Below, one piece after another: positions 38,207-51,413 of a stretch of 64,000 nucleotides of DNA (position 1 is the first letter of the stretch; the number at the start of each line of letters is the position of its first letter). A program made the translations under genes and the position numbers. Source of the stretch: Eremomyces bilateralis CBS 781.70. Its lineage: Eukaryota. Below the pieces are notes generated by a model that had not been told where the DNA came from, did no database searches, and saw nothing but the letters and a program-made list of their open reading frames with translations. The stretch lies in NCBI GenBank assembly GCA_010015585.1, contig ML975150.1; one strand, 5' to 3'.

Positions 38207-39642
38207 TTACTTGAACTTCTTGCCGAACAGGATGAGCTGGACCTGGTCGTAGATGGACAGCACACCGGCACCAGCGACACCACGGAGGATGTTGGCACCG
38301 GCACCCTTGAAGAGCGAGCGGATACCCTCAGCGGCGACGATCTTGTTGAAGGCATCCAAGGAGGACTTGTACTTGACGGCCTGGGGAGGGTTAGCAATGG
38401 GTTATGGGGAGGGGATGTTGGAAAAACTCACCTCTCCGGAGGTCATCATCATGCGACGGCGGACGGTGTCAAGAGGATACGAGGCGATACCGGCACCGGT
38501 GGTGACGCACCAACCGAGAGCGAACGAAGCGAGGAAGTTGCCCTCAAGAGGACCAACGAGGACAACCGGCTTGAAGGAATCGTAGAGACCGAAGTACAGA
38601 CCACGGTAGACGACGATTCCGAGGACGGAGGGACCGAACCCACGGTAGAGACCAGCGACACCGTCGGAAGCGAGGGTCTTCTTGTAGACATCGACGAGCC
38701 CGTTGAATTGACGGTCACCGCCCGACTTGGCGTTCTTCGCGTCGTTGGCGAGACGGGTACGGGCGTAGTCCAGGGAGTAGACGAACAGGAGGGAGGTCGC
38801 ACCAGCAGCCTGAGATTGAATGAGTTTTTGACACGGAATGGGATGATGTTTGTTAGAGACTTACACCACCGGAAGCCAAGTTGCCGGCCATCCACTTCGC
38901 GTAACCATCACGGTCCTTCTTGAAGTTGAACATGGACTTGTAGGTATCACGGAAGGCGAAGTTCAGCGCCTGGGTGGGGAAGTATCGGATGACGTTGGCA
39001 GTGTTGCCTCTCCACAGGGACATGGCGCCCTCGGAGTTGATGGTTCGGGAGAAGCACTCCGTGATACCAGCATAACGTTTCTCCAAACGACCGGACTTCA
39101 ACATCTCATCCTGGGAAAGGTTAGGTCGGGTTCATTGATGCCATCAATGGCGGTGGGCGAATGTACGAACCTGATTCTGGATGAGGAGCTTGACACGCTC
39201 GATGGGAGCGGCGGCGGTCTTCGAGACGGCGGCGGCAACACCACCCACTGTAGATAAGGCGTCAGCAAGCTGTCACGGGACCGACATTGTCAAATGGATG
39301 GAGATTCCATTCGACGGCGATGCGCCCGAGATGAAACATACTCAAGAAATCGACCATGAACCCCTATGAAGAAATAACCGTTAGCAAAAATGTTTTCCAT
39401 TTTGATGATCCCAGATCCTGGTACCGAGATTGCTACGGCGGTCCAAAGAACACGGTTGACAAGCTGCGGAAATGGCATTGACGATGCTCATGTGTGTCAT
39501 TAAGCTTCACGATGCCAATACCGAGCCATTGATGCCGATGTTGGATGGACGCCATTGACCGCTGCGGCCGAATCTGTGATCAAGAGTTGACGAAAAAAAA
39601 GCTTACCGGCATCCCGAGGACGGATTTATCTTGTTGCGACAT
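38207..39642 (-). CDS. AAC: mitochondrial ADP/ATP carrier
   Basis: Exons [12 protein letters not shown] | GFMVDFL (22-nt micro-exon 39363-39342) | [26 protein letters not shown]. Also [23 protein letters not shown] and the RRRMMM signature. Ends LFGKKFK*. Confidence 0.97.
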
Positions 39643-40730
39643 GATGGCGGTTGTGCGAGGAATCCGACCGAATTAACTCGTCGTAGGAGAATGGAAAAAG
39701 GCGAAGGAACGGGGGTGGAGGGGAGAGATTGCAAGATTGCGCGACGGAGAAAGATGAAAGGAAGAAGATGTGAGAAAAAGCTGGGAGGAGGAAAGGGTGA
39801 TGGGAAGAAAAATGAGCCGTGAGAAATTTATGGAGTTGGCGCTGGGCGCACCAGAGGACGGCGCGCGACCGGGCCAACTCGGGGCGTGTTTTTCGCTGGC
39901 CACTCGCACGGCCTTTTCATTCACTTGCTCTCACTGCAGTCCGTAACAAAGATAACGACCTCCCACGATTCCCGATTTCACCTCGGGGTTCCCAGGCCCA
40001 ACGGGGGGATGGGCCGAAGGGTGGACTTCGCCGCCACAGCAACAGAAACAAAGTTTTTACGATGGTTTTTTTTTTCAGGACCCAGTTAATCTTGGTTGGG
40101 AAATGGCTGTTTTGCCGTTTTGGTGAGAGGATATCACATGCAGATCCCTATGAAGAATTGAAGATATCGATCTGAGAGTTGAGAGTTTCTCACGATGCGG
40201 CTCTGGGATCACGACATGTAACGACGGCTCTTTGGCTTTGGTTTGCTGCCCTCTGGAGACAGCTGCCCTCCGGAGACTGTTTTCCATCCATTGGTCCCTC
40301 AATCGATTAACTTGACCAATGCTTCATCAATCCGATCATATCTCCATCCAAATCATCCCCAATTCCCAACTCACGGAGAAAAGGACACTAATCCCGTAGT
40401 ACAGGTATGGTACGGTATTATAATATTATTACACCATTCTGGGCCGTCTTCCCCTGAGATTAGGTCCGATCCAGTTTTGTTGCCATGGGAATAACGACTT
40501 AACGAGAGATGCCGAAGGCACCAAGGCTGACATGGATTAAGAAGAATCTTGGATAAGCTGCCAAGTCGAGCATCAGGATTGGACGCTGTGGATTGTGATT
40601 ATTATCGATTGATTATTGAATTACCGTCCATCTACCATTACATACCGGTACACAACTTGTACTTTTCCGTAAGAACCTAACATACGTAAGGTATACTGTC
40701 GACCTTCCCTCCCTCTTGAACAACCCCACT

Positions 40731-42274
40731 TCAATACACATACGGAATGATGCGATACGGCACCCGCCGACAATACTCCTCCCAATCCGCCCCATACTTG
40801 TTCCGGCACTTCGCATCGTCCCTCCGCTCCCGATGCACCAGCAGCACCGCGAAGTACGCGAGGTAGAAATACGTCACCACCATTCCCCAATACCGCGCCT
40901 CGCCTACCTCCACACTCGTCCCGCCGCCCGCGCTCCGCACGATCTCGTACCCCGCCAGCCCCGTCGGGAGGCAGTACGCCCACGACTGGATCCAATCCCC
41001 ACAGTAGTTAATATGCCGCGCCCGCCCCCACCACCCACTCACCAGCAGCCGGCTCCCCGAGCGTGTCTCAAGGTACTCCAGATGCGCGACGCGGGGGTCC
41101 TCAGGGTTGTTCCTAAAGATGTTTTTCTCGTTGTTGGAAGCGCGGAAGATATAATAGCCGAGGGCTTCGGTGGCGAAGATGAGGGCGATCTGCGGGTAGG
41201 TGAGGGTGACGGGGTGCACAGCCAGGTAGCGCGGCTGCAGGGAGAAGATGAAGGGGACCCAGACGAGGTCGCCGAAGGAGAGCATGAAGCCGAAGCCGTC
41301 GACGATGACGTCGATGGTGGTGAGGATGGCGGGTTCCATGAAGATGGAGTCGATAACGTAGAGAGTCTGCGTGCCGACGGAGAAGAGCATGCTGAAGGAG
41401 ATGTAGTGGTAGGTTCGGTATTGGTGGATCACGAATGTGGCGTTGAGAATCATCCAGAGGAGCATCCCGGGACGGAGCTCCATCCACGTCTTGATGTCCA
41501 CCTCAGGAATCAGCGGGATCTTGATTCGGGAGTTCAGCTCGCGGCCCATGAACCAGTCGTGGATCATGTTCCCGGTGAGGCCGTGGGAGGCCAGTTCGCG
41601 GCGCTCGGGGTTGCCCGGTGGTCGGACGCCGAAGCTCTTGAGGTAGGTGTACGTCGCGAAGATGATGGAGAGGATGATGTTGCTGGTCATGATGGGGATG
41701 TAGTTCTCCCAGATGAAGGTCCAGAGTGGAGCGTCTTCGATGCCGTGGTATGCTGTGTACGCTGCGAGGCCGGCCAGGGTGGCCAATGCGGAGTAGAAAG
41801 CTGTGCGAAATCAGATACCGCATAGGATGGCGTGAACGGCAACGAACCATTGAATCGATACCTCAACCTCCCGCCATAACGCAGCATCGTTCCTGAGACC
41901 TCGTTCGCCGGGATGATGGCGTAGAGAAACAGACTCAAGAGGTAATATCCCACGGTGAGCGCGAACGCCTCGCAATTGAACAAGCTCGACCAGCCCGCCC
42001 ATCCTGTCTCTTCCTTCAGCTTATCGAGCGTCAATTGCGACGGGTGCAGCAGCGACGGCACGGGACACCCGGAGACGTCGTTGCAGAGGAATCCCATGCT
42101 CCATGTCAGGAGCGGGAGGGCGATGATCATGGGGAGGATGACCCAGCTGTATTCATCGTTAGCATGGACGGGTGTCGATTCTGAGGTTGGCTGGAGAGCT
42201 TACGGGCCGCCGAAGGAATAGCCATGGCGTTCGTAAACCAGTCGTTTTGGACTGTCTCTATGCTTGGGAGGCAT
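40731..42274 (-). CDS. ERG24: delta(14)-sterol reductase (ERG4/ERG24 family)
   Basis: Motifs YSFGGP, CNDVSGCPVP, HDWFMGRELN, ELRPGMLLW, DGFGFMLSFGDLVWVPF, LLVSGWWGRARHINY and HRERRDDAKCRNKYGADW...VPYRIIPYVY. Confidence 0.95.
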
Positions 42275-42342
42275 TGTACGGGCAAGCGAAGGCTGAATGC
42301 AATAGTTTCGCGTGCTTGATGAGGGGGGGATGATGGCCGACC

Positions 42343-42348
42343 TTTATA
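42343..42348 (-). promoter_or_regulatory. TATA box of ERG24
   Basis: TATAAA on the minus strand about 70 nt upstream of ATG 42274. Confidence 0.5.
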
Positions 42349-43164
42349 TTTGGGGGATTAGCTACCCTAGCGACGCATTTGTCGGATTAACGTCACAAAC
42401 CTGGCTGGGGAGAACCAACGCGCGGCAATACCTGAATTTGGCACCCACAGGACCTTCTCTTCGACACTCTCAAATCGATCTTGGCATTATTATTGAACAA
42501 AGAACATCGTACGACCCGGAACTTAAGGAAGTTGTCATTCATACATAATCATCTGTCGTGGAGACATGGACCTCTCGGTCTCTTTCCATCCGGACGCGGA
42601 GATCTGGGCTCATCTACATCCCCTGTCAGGCACCAAGGCGGCTACTTACCTTAGCGCCTTTGTCATAAGCGTGGCTGCCAATAATACCGTAATTTTCTCC
42701 AGACTCCATCGCGTCTAACCCATTTTGTACGAACAACTGTAATATTTCTAATATATGTATTTAGATATAAATTTCTGAAGCAATCATCTAGCAGTAGTCT
42801 TCACATATTATATATGACTTAGATAGAGCCCCGAAGACCATGTTCCTTGTAGAGACTTGCCTCCTTCGGTAATAATTACATGTACTTTGTAATCACCTCC
42901 GCCTACTAACCCAGGTTTCCTCGGAACGGTGCCTGGGCTTGGCACTTCCCTTGTCAGAACATCAAGCAATACGTAGACATTCTTGCTATACTGAAGTCCG
43001 AACTTTGAAATAACAAACTTACCTTGGACTCAGAACGCTTCCCAATCGCTCTGAGCTCCTGATCAAGAAATGACCCCCAGCCTCACCTTCACAGCAAACC
43101 CCGTTTGCCCTCCATATTAACAGCACCTCCGCTCCCCGATCTTCATCCCATCCTCCAACCCTCC

Positions 43165-44414
43165 ATGAAGCTCCCACATCTCCTCCCTCTCTCCCTCGCC
43201 CTCCTCACCCTCGCCGACAACAAACCCCCTAAACCCCCCGCCCCCTGCACCATCCGCTCCCACAGCACTGGCACCTTCTTCGACCTGAACCCGATCGCTG
43301 TGCACCCCGTCAAGAAAGCGCTGTCGGGCGCGGAGTCACCGCACAGCTGGCGCGCGAAGGGGTACCACTACGCGGCGAACTTCTCGGTGAACTTCTGCGC
43401 GCCGGTGGTGGAGGAGGTGAAGGATGTGGTGGGGGTGGAGAAGGGGCTGTGGGGGAATGTGAGCGCGTTTTATGAGATGGGGGGAAAGGTGTATTCGTTG
43501 GGGTGAGTTCCGCTCTGGCTTCTTATGTCGGGTGCATTTCGCTGGTTGCGATGGACGTCGTGAAGGAAGGGATATGGAGGCTGACTGTGTGATTTTATAG
43601 GAACCAAAACACCGAACCCGTCATCCAAGGCCGAAACCTCATCCTCAACTACACCAACGGCTCCCCCTGCCCGTCTCCCCCCTCCAAACGTCAACTCCAC
43701 ATACACACCCCCAACCGCCCCAAAGACAAAGACTCCGAAGACAAGGACAAGCACGACGATGACGACGACGACGACGACGATGACAAGAAACCCGACCATA
43801 AAAAACCCAGTAAAGACAAAGACCAGCCCATCCGCCGAAAAGCCGCCCTCATCCACCTCCTCTGCGACCGCGACCCCCTCGCCCCCAAAGTCGCCCTCGC
43901 CTTCCTCGGCACCCTCGACGAATGCACCTATTCCTTCGCCGCACGCTCGATGGCGGCGTGTGGGGGCGTGTTGACGCCGCAGCAGACGTTGAGTCCGGGC
44001 GGAGTATTTGGCGTGATGTGAGTAGTTCCTTTGCGGATCGATGCTGTTGCAGGGCTAATTTGGGTGGCAGTGCGCTGATCGCGGTGTTGGTGTATTTGGT
44101 GGGCGGGTGCGTGTATCAGCGGTCGGTGCTACATCAGCGGGGATGGCGGCAGATGCCGAACTATTCGATGTGGGCCGGATGTTTGGGGTTTTTCGTGGTG
44201 AGGACTACCTCCTTCTATATTCCCCCATAGTGTGACCGCTAACGGTGTTTCGCAGGATATCTTCGTCATCGCCACCTCGTCCTGCGCGAGACTTCTCCCG
44301 AGGAATCGCGGATACAGTCGCGTGTCGTTGGGAAATCAACATCGCGGGCGGGGGACGAACTCGGAGGATGAAAATCGGTTGATTGATCAGCTAGATGAAG
44401 AATGGGATGATTGA
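43165..44414 (+). CDS. MRL1: mannose-6-phosphate-receptor-like vacuolar sorting protein
   Basis: Signal peptide, then PCTIRS..GTFFDL, SWRAKGY.Y.ANFSVNFCAPV and LNYTNGSPC. A TM segment is followed by VYQRSVLHQRGWRQMPNY and the tail EDENRLIDQLDEEWDD. Three introns. Confidence 0.88.
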
Positions 44415-44752
44415 TGGTTTGGGGATTGTGCATTATAGGCGTTGGAAGGAGGTCATGGTGGGTTTTGTATCCATCAGGCGGTTGGATGTCTAGATACATC
44501 GGGTACATATGCAGCCGCGATGGATGGAGCCTGGGATATATGTTTGAATCACTTGTCATTTATGTCGCCCAAGTACATGTTCCTGACATATTTTGAATTG
44601 TCTAGGCTACCCACACTAGCGGTGAGTAGAGTATGAAGGATCTATCCACATCCCAGAAGTTTGCAATTGCTGTTCATTCCTCCTTGAGCATCGTCACACA
44701 TGGCTGTTCAAACCTCCGTCTGATCCGCCTGATTGATGAGGAACGGAATCCC

Positions 44753-45561
44753 TCACACGGAAGACACCGCCGGCGCCTCCTCGACCTTCTTGAGGCAGTC
44801 GCGGAACTCGCTCCAGTGCTTCATCACGACGATAGCGCCGCACTCCTCCTTCAGCATCTTCGTCTTCTCCTCAATCTCATCGTCCTCGTACGGCCCAACA
44901 TACCCAATCAGTGGAATCCCCGCATTCTTCGCCGCGGTGGCGCCGCTCTTGCTGTCCTCAATAGCGACGCACTCCCCCGGGTTGACGCCGATCTGCTTGC
45001 AGGCGAACAGGTAGACGGCCGGGTTGGGCTTGGAGGTAGGCTTCTCGAGTGAGGTAGCGGCACTGTAGACCCAGTCGGGGCGGAAGAACTTGTCCATGCC
45101 GACCTTGTCGAGGGAGGCCTTGACGCGGCTGAGGGCGCTGGAGCTGACGACGGCCATCTTGTACTTCCCTTCCTTGTGCAGGGCGTCAACCTCGTCCATG
45201 GCGCCAATGCAGGGCTCGGCCTTGGCCTCGAGCTTCTTGACGACGGCTTGCAGCTCCTTCTCGACGTACTCGTCCAGTTCGGCGTCGGTGAGGGTGATGT
45301 CAAACTTGCCCATCAGGCCGACCATCATGCCGCGGAAGTTCTGGCCGACAAAGTCCTTGAGGAGCTCCGGGCCAGTGTAACGCTTAGGGTTGCCTTTCTT
45401 CTCGAGGATCTCGTTGGCGAGGTCGGCGCATGCTTCGAAGGCGAGAACCTCGGAGAGGACGAGGGTGTTGTCGCAGTCGAAGAGGACGGTGGTGATCTTG
45501 GGATAATAAGCCATTGGAGCGGATTTGGTGGTTGGTGGATGTTAGGACTTGCCTTAGGCAT
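44753..45561 (-). CDS. HAD-superfamily hydrolase
   Basis: Motif I FDCDNTLV, then VVSSS, SKPNPAVY and AIEDSKSG. The probable start is GCCAAAATG at 45561 with a GC-AG intron 45552-45497. An alternative in-frame ATG lies at 45514. Confidence 0.9.
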
Positions 45562-48500
45562 TTTGGCGGATGTTCGTAGTTTCACTAGAAGATTTATGGG
45601 TTGGTCGAGCTAGAGAGGTGGAGATGTCGATGATGGTGGGGTAGCGTTGATGTTGATGTTGATGAGTTGGAAGCAAGGCAATTGAGTGAGAGAAGTTGAG
45701 TTGAAGGTGTTTTGAAGATGGAGAGAGAAGTAGAAGGAGAATATTTGTAGTTTGTTTTGAAAGTAAGTCACCAGCTGATTAAAAAAGAAAAAGTGAGTGG
45801 GAGGTGAAGGTGATGATAATGTCAGATGCAGGTGAAGCATGTGGGGGGAGGCAGCCAACAGTCCACAGTCCACTCCTCCAGCTCCCCCACAGTTCCTCCA
45901 CAACCATTGTCAAGTCATATCCCACATGTGGAAAACATTGGAAACGCCGGGACAACGCATATGAAGCTCCAATTGCATTGAATCATAGCGCTTTAGATGA
46001 TATCTGACACTCAAATGATAGGGGACCTCCTTTATTTCCATCCTTGAGCCATGCAATTAAACTTGTGCTTACAACCGCAGTCTGTCTACTCAATTCTATG
46101 CTGGTCAACCGTCAACACAACGAATGCTCCATGACCTCTTCTGCAATTCTGTTACTCCATCATCCATGCGGCTCAATTGTCCGGCGTTTGGATCCAGAGG
46201 GCTTGAACTTCTAGTGCCTGGAAAAGTAGTACTGGATACGCCACCATACCACAAACTTCCGATATCGACATGTTTATCCTGACTTCGCGTATTTGGCATG
46301 TTCCTATTCCTATCAACCATTGGCGTACCTGATTTTCCTCAGACTATCAAAACACTGCATCATGTCGTGGCTGGATCTTCTCTCGCCTCCCACGTAATGG
46401 CGGGCAGTGGAGGTTGAGGTCAGACCGCTTGTTCCATTGACTCGTGTGTTGTCAATGAGGTGTCTTTCGCTGCATCCTCCTGCAGATACGGTCCAGATCG
46501 TTCCTTTGGTTGCAGGCCGCTAATTCAAGTCATGGCGTTCGCATTTGGTATGACCCTAAGTTCTCCAGCCTTGTATTGAGTTCGCTCGGTTGCGACTTGT
46601 GGGTATTTTGAGTTCCTGACGGTTCCTGACGGTCCCTCTCGCAGTCAGTAAAGCGGGTTCTCAATGCAAAATACAATCTTTCTGCTCTTCGGATTTGCTT
46701 GACGGTGCATTAAAGAACCTTTAGAGCGACGTAGTACGCTCCGTCACTCCCGTGAGTCCCATCTCCGAACCATGTCGTCCACCGACGTCTCATCTTCTCA
46801 CCGCACCACCTCACGATCTCCACTTACGGCAGACACCGCCATTATGAAAGGTTAGGCAGGGCCCGCGGGTCCGGGACAAATGTCCGCCAACAGGCTACGG
46901 CACGTGGAGGCAGAAAAAACATAATATTCCTTCACGATAGTCCGCTCCGCGTGACCGCGTGAGGATGCTGTGTCACCCCGCGAAACGCATCCCGCGCTCA
47001 TGGAATCTCCGGAATTCCTAGTGCGAATAGCCTGAAGACTGGATCGTCGACGTGGCTAAAGCCACCAAGTGCAGACTGATCAATGATTGCAAAAGACGCC
47101 GATATTCACAGAAATGGGACACGGTGCAAAAAAAAGCCCCCCAAGGAAAAAGAAACTGCATCGCATCATGGACTAAAATCTAAGTTAATTGGACTCTTCT
47201 AGCAGCTTTAGGAAGGACGTCGAGCGCTCGATAGCTACAGCTTCGTTATACTCAAGTCACCTCACATAATCATATTGAACAAAGCCGAACAGTTAGGTTG
47301 ATCCAAACCAACAACCACGATGGATTTCTCACTTGGGTCCCGACATCAAAATTCCGGATATTGAGAATTGGCGTTCAACCGCCTTAAAAGAGTCCGTAAT
47401 GATGGCTTCCAAGAAGCGGAAGAGGTGTCCCCAATCTTCGACAGTATTGACCGCGATGAGGATGATACTATCAACCCCCGACTTCTCCGTTTCTTCTAGC
47501 GGTGGACTGAGATTCCCACCAGAACCAAGCCACACTACTATCACCTGAAACCCTAACGATATGGACAGGCGGATACAAGACCTCGTAGCAACTGTGCTGG
47601 TAACTCTGGCTGTTCCTCATGAAACGAGTCGGCGGAGAAGATCACCCCAACTCGATGGAGGCGAAGTTGAATGGTTAGTTATGTTGCTCGATCACTACCG
47701 CTAGAGGAAAACGCCACGCTTTCGATGAAGAGAGGATGAAGTTTTGCATGGGACATCCCATAGATATATTTTCGGTGGATCCCAGGCAGCCGAAAGCACT
47801 CGCTAGGAGCCGACGAGCATCGTAAGCCATTATCGTACTGGATATTTCACCGAAGGGGGAGTCGGAACCTCCTATTTTCAACAGTCGCAAGTCTGGAGCA
47901 GATGGGGTGCTTCACACTCATATTGTCCCTACTCTACAGTGGAGGCGGAGAGGCCATCGGTTGCCCATCTCGACCTTGCGAAGAGATATCCGCCGCTACC
48001 GAATAGGGACTGTGAGATGCAACCTATAGAAGCTGGCAGCCTCTTCGAGGTTGCAATAAGGTGCATTGTGAGGATCTTGAGACTATTCGCTGACGTCAAT
48101 TGCTTTCGAGTAGAGTGAAAAGTTACCCGCTTCGCGGTGGGGTTAGAAGGCTCAAGATAAAGCCACAGTCCAAGCCTTGGGACACAGCTCTTTCTATTGG
48201 AACTGAATGATGACGATTGCTCGATGAGATTTATTTAGCTGTTGTGGTGATGAGTTCATATCAGACGGTTGGATGGCTCTCCATCCGCCGCTGTGACTTG
48301 ATACAAGTCCTAAATAAACTGAAACCCCCAAGAGGATATCACATGCAGTAGAACTTACTGTAGAAGTGTTTTATGTCCTCGGGAACATGAACCGAATGTT
48401 GGACCCATTTCATCCCGTTCCACCTATTCCGCCTGAAAATATCTCCATCCGCAACCGTCCTCAGATGCCCCTAGGTACACATTTCTCCCCTCCCCGGACG

Positions 48501-48880
48501 GGAATTTGCGACGACCCGAAGCCGAGATTTAAGGAACTCCACGCCTCCCCGGGTTCCCCCCAACCGAACCATATCTCAAGCGTTCTATGGAGTGCGGAGC
48601 GCTAGCGCCGGGAATGAAGCTCCAGTCCTCTATGCCACCCGCAACGTGCTCCCCTCTCCTCTCTCGGTGCATTTCCAAGCAGCCAAAAATGGCGTTCGGC
48701 GTCCTGTGTTACTCGGTTGACCCGAGGATGTCGCCTAGTGCGATTACCGTCTGGCCCCAAGCGCCAGATCCAGGTCGATGGTGAGGCTCCTTTAAAGGGA
48801 TCGGCCTGGAACATTCCGATCGCTGTCTGGGCTGTGGAACACTGTTTAATCGCGAGTAACCAATATCCTTGATTCTAAAT

Positions 48881-50727
48881 ATGACGGATTTGACAGGACG
48901 TACGGTGGTGGAGAAGACGTCGGAGGGATGGCGGTATCGAGCTGCGAAGACCTATCCATTCCCGGAGATCGACCTGCTTACTATGTTGTTTGGTATGGAA
49001 TAATATGTCAAGCATGTTCAATCCATGGGAATTGCCATCTAACTTTCGGCACTAGAAAACGAGAAGTGCAAGGAGGACACACCAGTCCATATCGACGCGG
49101 CGAACCCAACTCTCCGGTACACCAAGGCCGAAGCCCGCGAACTACTCCAGTACAACGCACACATCCTCCGCCACCAGTACGGCATCGGAGTCAATGGTCC
49201 CAACACAGACGTCGTCACCTGCCTCGCCAGCGGCGACTATTTCCTCCCCGCCATTTTCTGGGCGATCGTCGCAGCCGACGGCGTCTTCTCCGCCGCCTCC
49301 GCCGCCTCGACGGCGGGGGAGCTGGCAAAGTTGATCGAGCAGGCCGGCAGCAAGCTGCTCATCGTCACGCCGGACTTGAAGGAGATCATCGTCAAGGCGG
49401 CGAAGCTCGCGGGCATCGGGACCGATCGTATTTTGGTGCTCGATGGGCCAGAGAAGTGCTTGAGGACGTTCCAGGGACAGAAGTTGGTGGCGCAGGGAAA
49501 GCTGCCATGGAAGAGGATCACGGATCGGAAAGCGTTGGATGACAGCTTGGTGGTGCTGATTTACTCCAGCGGGACCACGGGATTGCCGAAAGGTGGGAAG
49601 CAAGCCACTAAAATCCAGAACTTTGCTAATGCATCATAGGTGTCCGTCTGTCGCATACCAACCTTGTCTCCGAAGCTGTCATCCCGGGCGACATGTTCCT
49701 GGAGGGCATAAAAAGAGACAAACCCAACTTCGAGTATCGGACCCTCGCCCATCTCCCTGTCGCGCACATCGCCGGCATCCAAGGCTATCTGATCAACCCC
49801 TTCTACATGGGCGGTCCCGCCTACTGGATGCCCCGCTTCGACTTCGCCCAGTTCCTCGAATACAACCGCAAATACCGCATCTCGTTCTTCTTCACCGTCC
49901 CGCCGATTTATCTCTTGATCGCTAAGGCCCCCATCATCACCGATCATTTCGACTCCTTGGAAGTCGCCATCAGCGGTGCCGCGCCGTTGGGCAAAGAGCT
50001 GCAACATGCCGCTAGCCAGAAGCTCGGGAAGGGGAAGACATTCATCAGCCAGACCTGGGGGTTGAGCGAGTCAACGGGCAGCGCAACCATTATGCCATAC
50101 GGCCAGGATGATGATACCGGAAGCGTGTCGGCGCTGATCCCGAACATGACGGCGCGTCTGGTGGATGACGATGGCAATGATGTCGAGCCCGGGCAGCCCG
50201 GAGAAGCGTTGCTCAAGGGCCCCGTCGTCACGCAAGGGTACCAGAACAACGATAAAGCGAACCAGGAATCGTTCATCGACGGATGGTTCTGCACCGGCGA
50301 CGTCTGCGTGTTCAAGGACGGATTGTTCTACGTCGTGGACCGCAAGAAGGTATTCATCGTCTCCCTCGATTTTTCCCCAGGCAATCTTTACTAACCCCGT
50401 CTCAAGGAATTAATCAAATACAAAGGCCTCCAAGTCGCCCCCGCCGAACTCGAAGCCCTCCTCGTCAGCCACCCCAAGATCCTCGACGCCGCCGTCATCG
50501 GCGTCGACGCCGACGACACTGAAGTGCCGCGCGCATACGTTGTCGCCGACCAGGCGCAGATCTCTGCCGCGGACATCACGGACTACGTCAAGCAGAACGT
50601 GTCGAGCCACAAGCAGCTGCGCGGCGGCGTGGTGTTCTTGGACGTGATCCCGAAGAGCGCGGCGGGGAAGATCTTGCGGAAGGATTTGCGGGCGCTGGCG
50701 AAGAAGGAGACGGGGGCGAAGCTGTAA
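48881..50727 (+). CDS. AMP-binding acyl-CoA synthetase (4-coumarate/phenylacetate-CoA ligase-like), peroxisomal
   Basis: Motifs IYSSGTTGLPKG, QTWGLSE, WFCTGD, VDRKKELIKYKGLQVAPAELE and IPKSAAGKILRK. The C-terminal AKL is a PTS1. Three introns. Confidence 0.92.
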
Positions 50728-51031
50728 ATCGGTTTGTTTTAGAGGTCTCCTTGCCTGTTGTATATTCTTCCATGTTGCTCCACTGTGCCATTGCGGTTTT
50801 GTGCCTTTGGAGAGGTTCTCATACACTACTTCCTTACGTATGTACCCTACGCGCGAGTCCCGGCACGCAATATATGTATTGAAGTTTCTCGACTGGTTCT
50901 CGATTGTCACCGCAATGGTGTACTACTGTAGGCAATCTCCATGCAAGGACCCAGACACCGAATGCGGACCGTCGTCATGTGTGATGTGTGACAGCTGTGC
51001 CGCCAGTCCAGAAACAGTCTAAAACAAATCG

Positions 51032-51070
51032 ACTAGTTAGTTAAACCTAAGTCAAAAATCCATTAACTAG
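51032..51070. repeat. short inverted partial copy of the 32.8-kb TpA-rich element
   Basis: ACTAGTTAGTTAAACCTAAGTC...CCATTAACTA resembles the reverse complement of about 32820-32855 (ACTAGTTACTAGTTACCTAAGTCCCAGTTAACTA). Confidence 0.35.
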
Positions 51071-51413
51071 TACCATAACATCTCAACTGTGTTTTTATCT
51101 ATTGTACCATACAGGTATCACCAAACACGCCAGTACAACGGAGCAAATATGAAATTCTGTATGTGGGTAGCCGGACTCTTCAAATTACCTGTTACAGTAC
51201 CTGTCTCAGCTATAAACCTATGTTCATCCGGTCCTATGTTAGCTAGCTCCGCTCCAGTTATGATATTAATTTACCTGATGTTTGAATGGTCGAACATCAT
51301 GGCTTCTGGAATTTCAATAACAGCTTATAAGACCAGAATGAATGCTGCGGTCGTCAAGCAACTGGACCAGTTGAGTCCGGTCGGTGCGGCCTTTACCTCT
51401 CTTCTCCTTCAAT

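Noticed and set aside
38021..38923. 300-aa plus-strand ORF opposite the ADP/ATP carrier
   Set aside because: Antisense shadow of a highly codon-biased gene, with no independent protein features.
40716..41825. 369-aa plus-strand ORF opposite ERG24
   Set aside because: Antisense shadow in GC3-rich coding sequence.
46105..46535. Minus-strand frame interrupted only by TGA codons
   Set aside because: The number of stops is compatible with non-coding DNA. There is no recognisable protein or recoding signal.
48206..48322. ATGATGA ... CTGA with two small hairpins (box C/D snoRNA-like)
   Set aside because: No terminal stem and no rRNA-complementary guide that I can recognise. It would need snoscan/Infernal.
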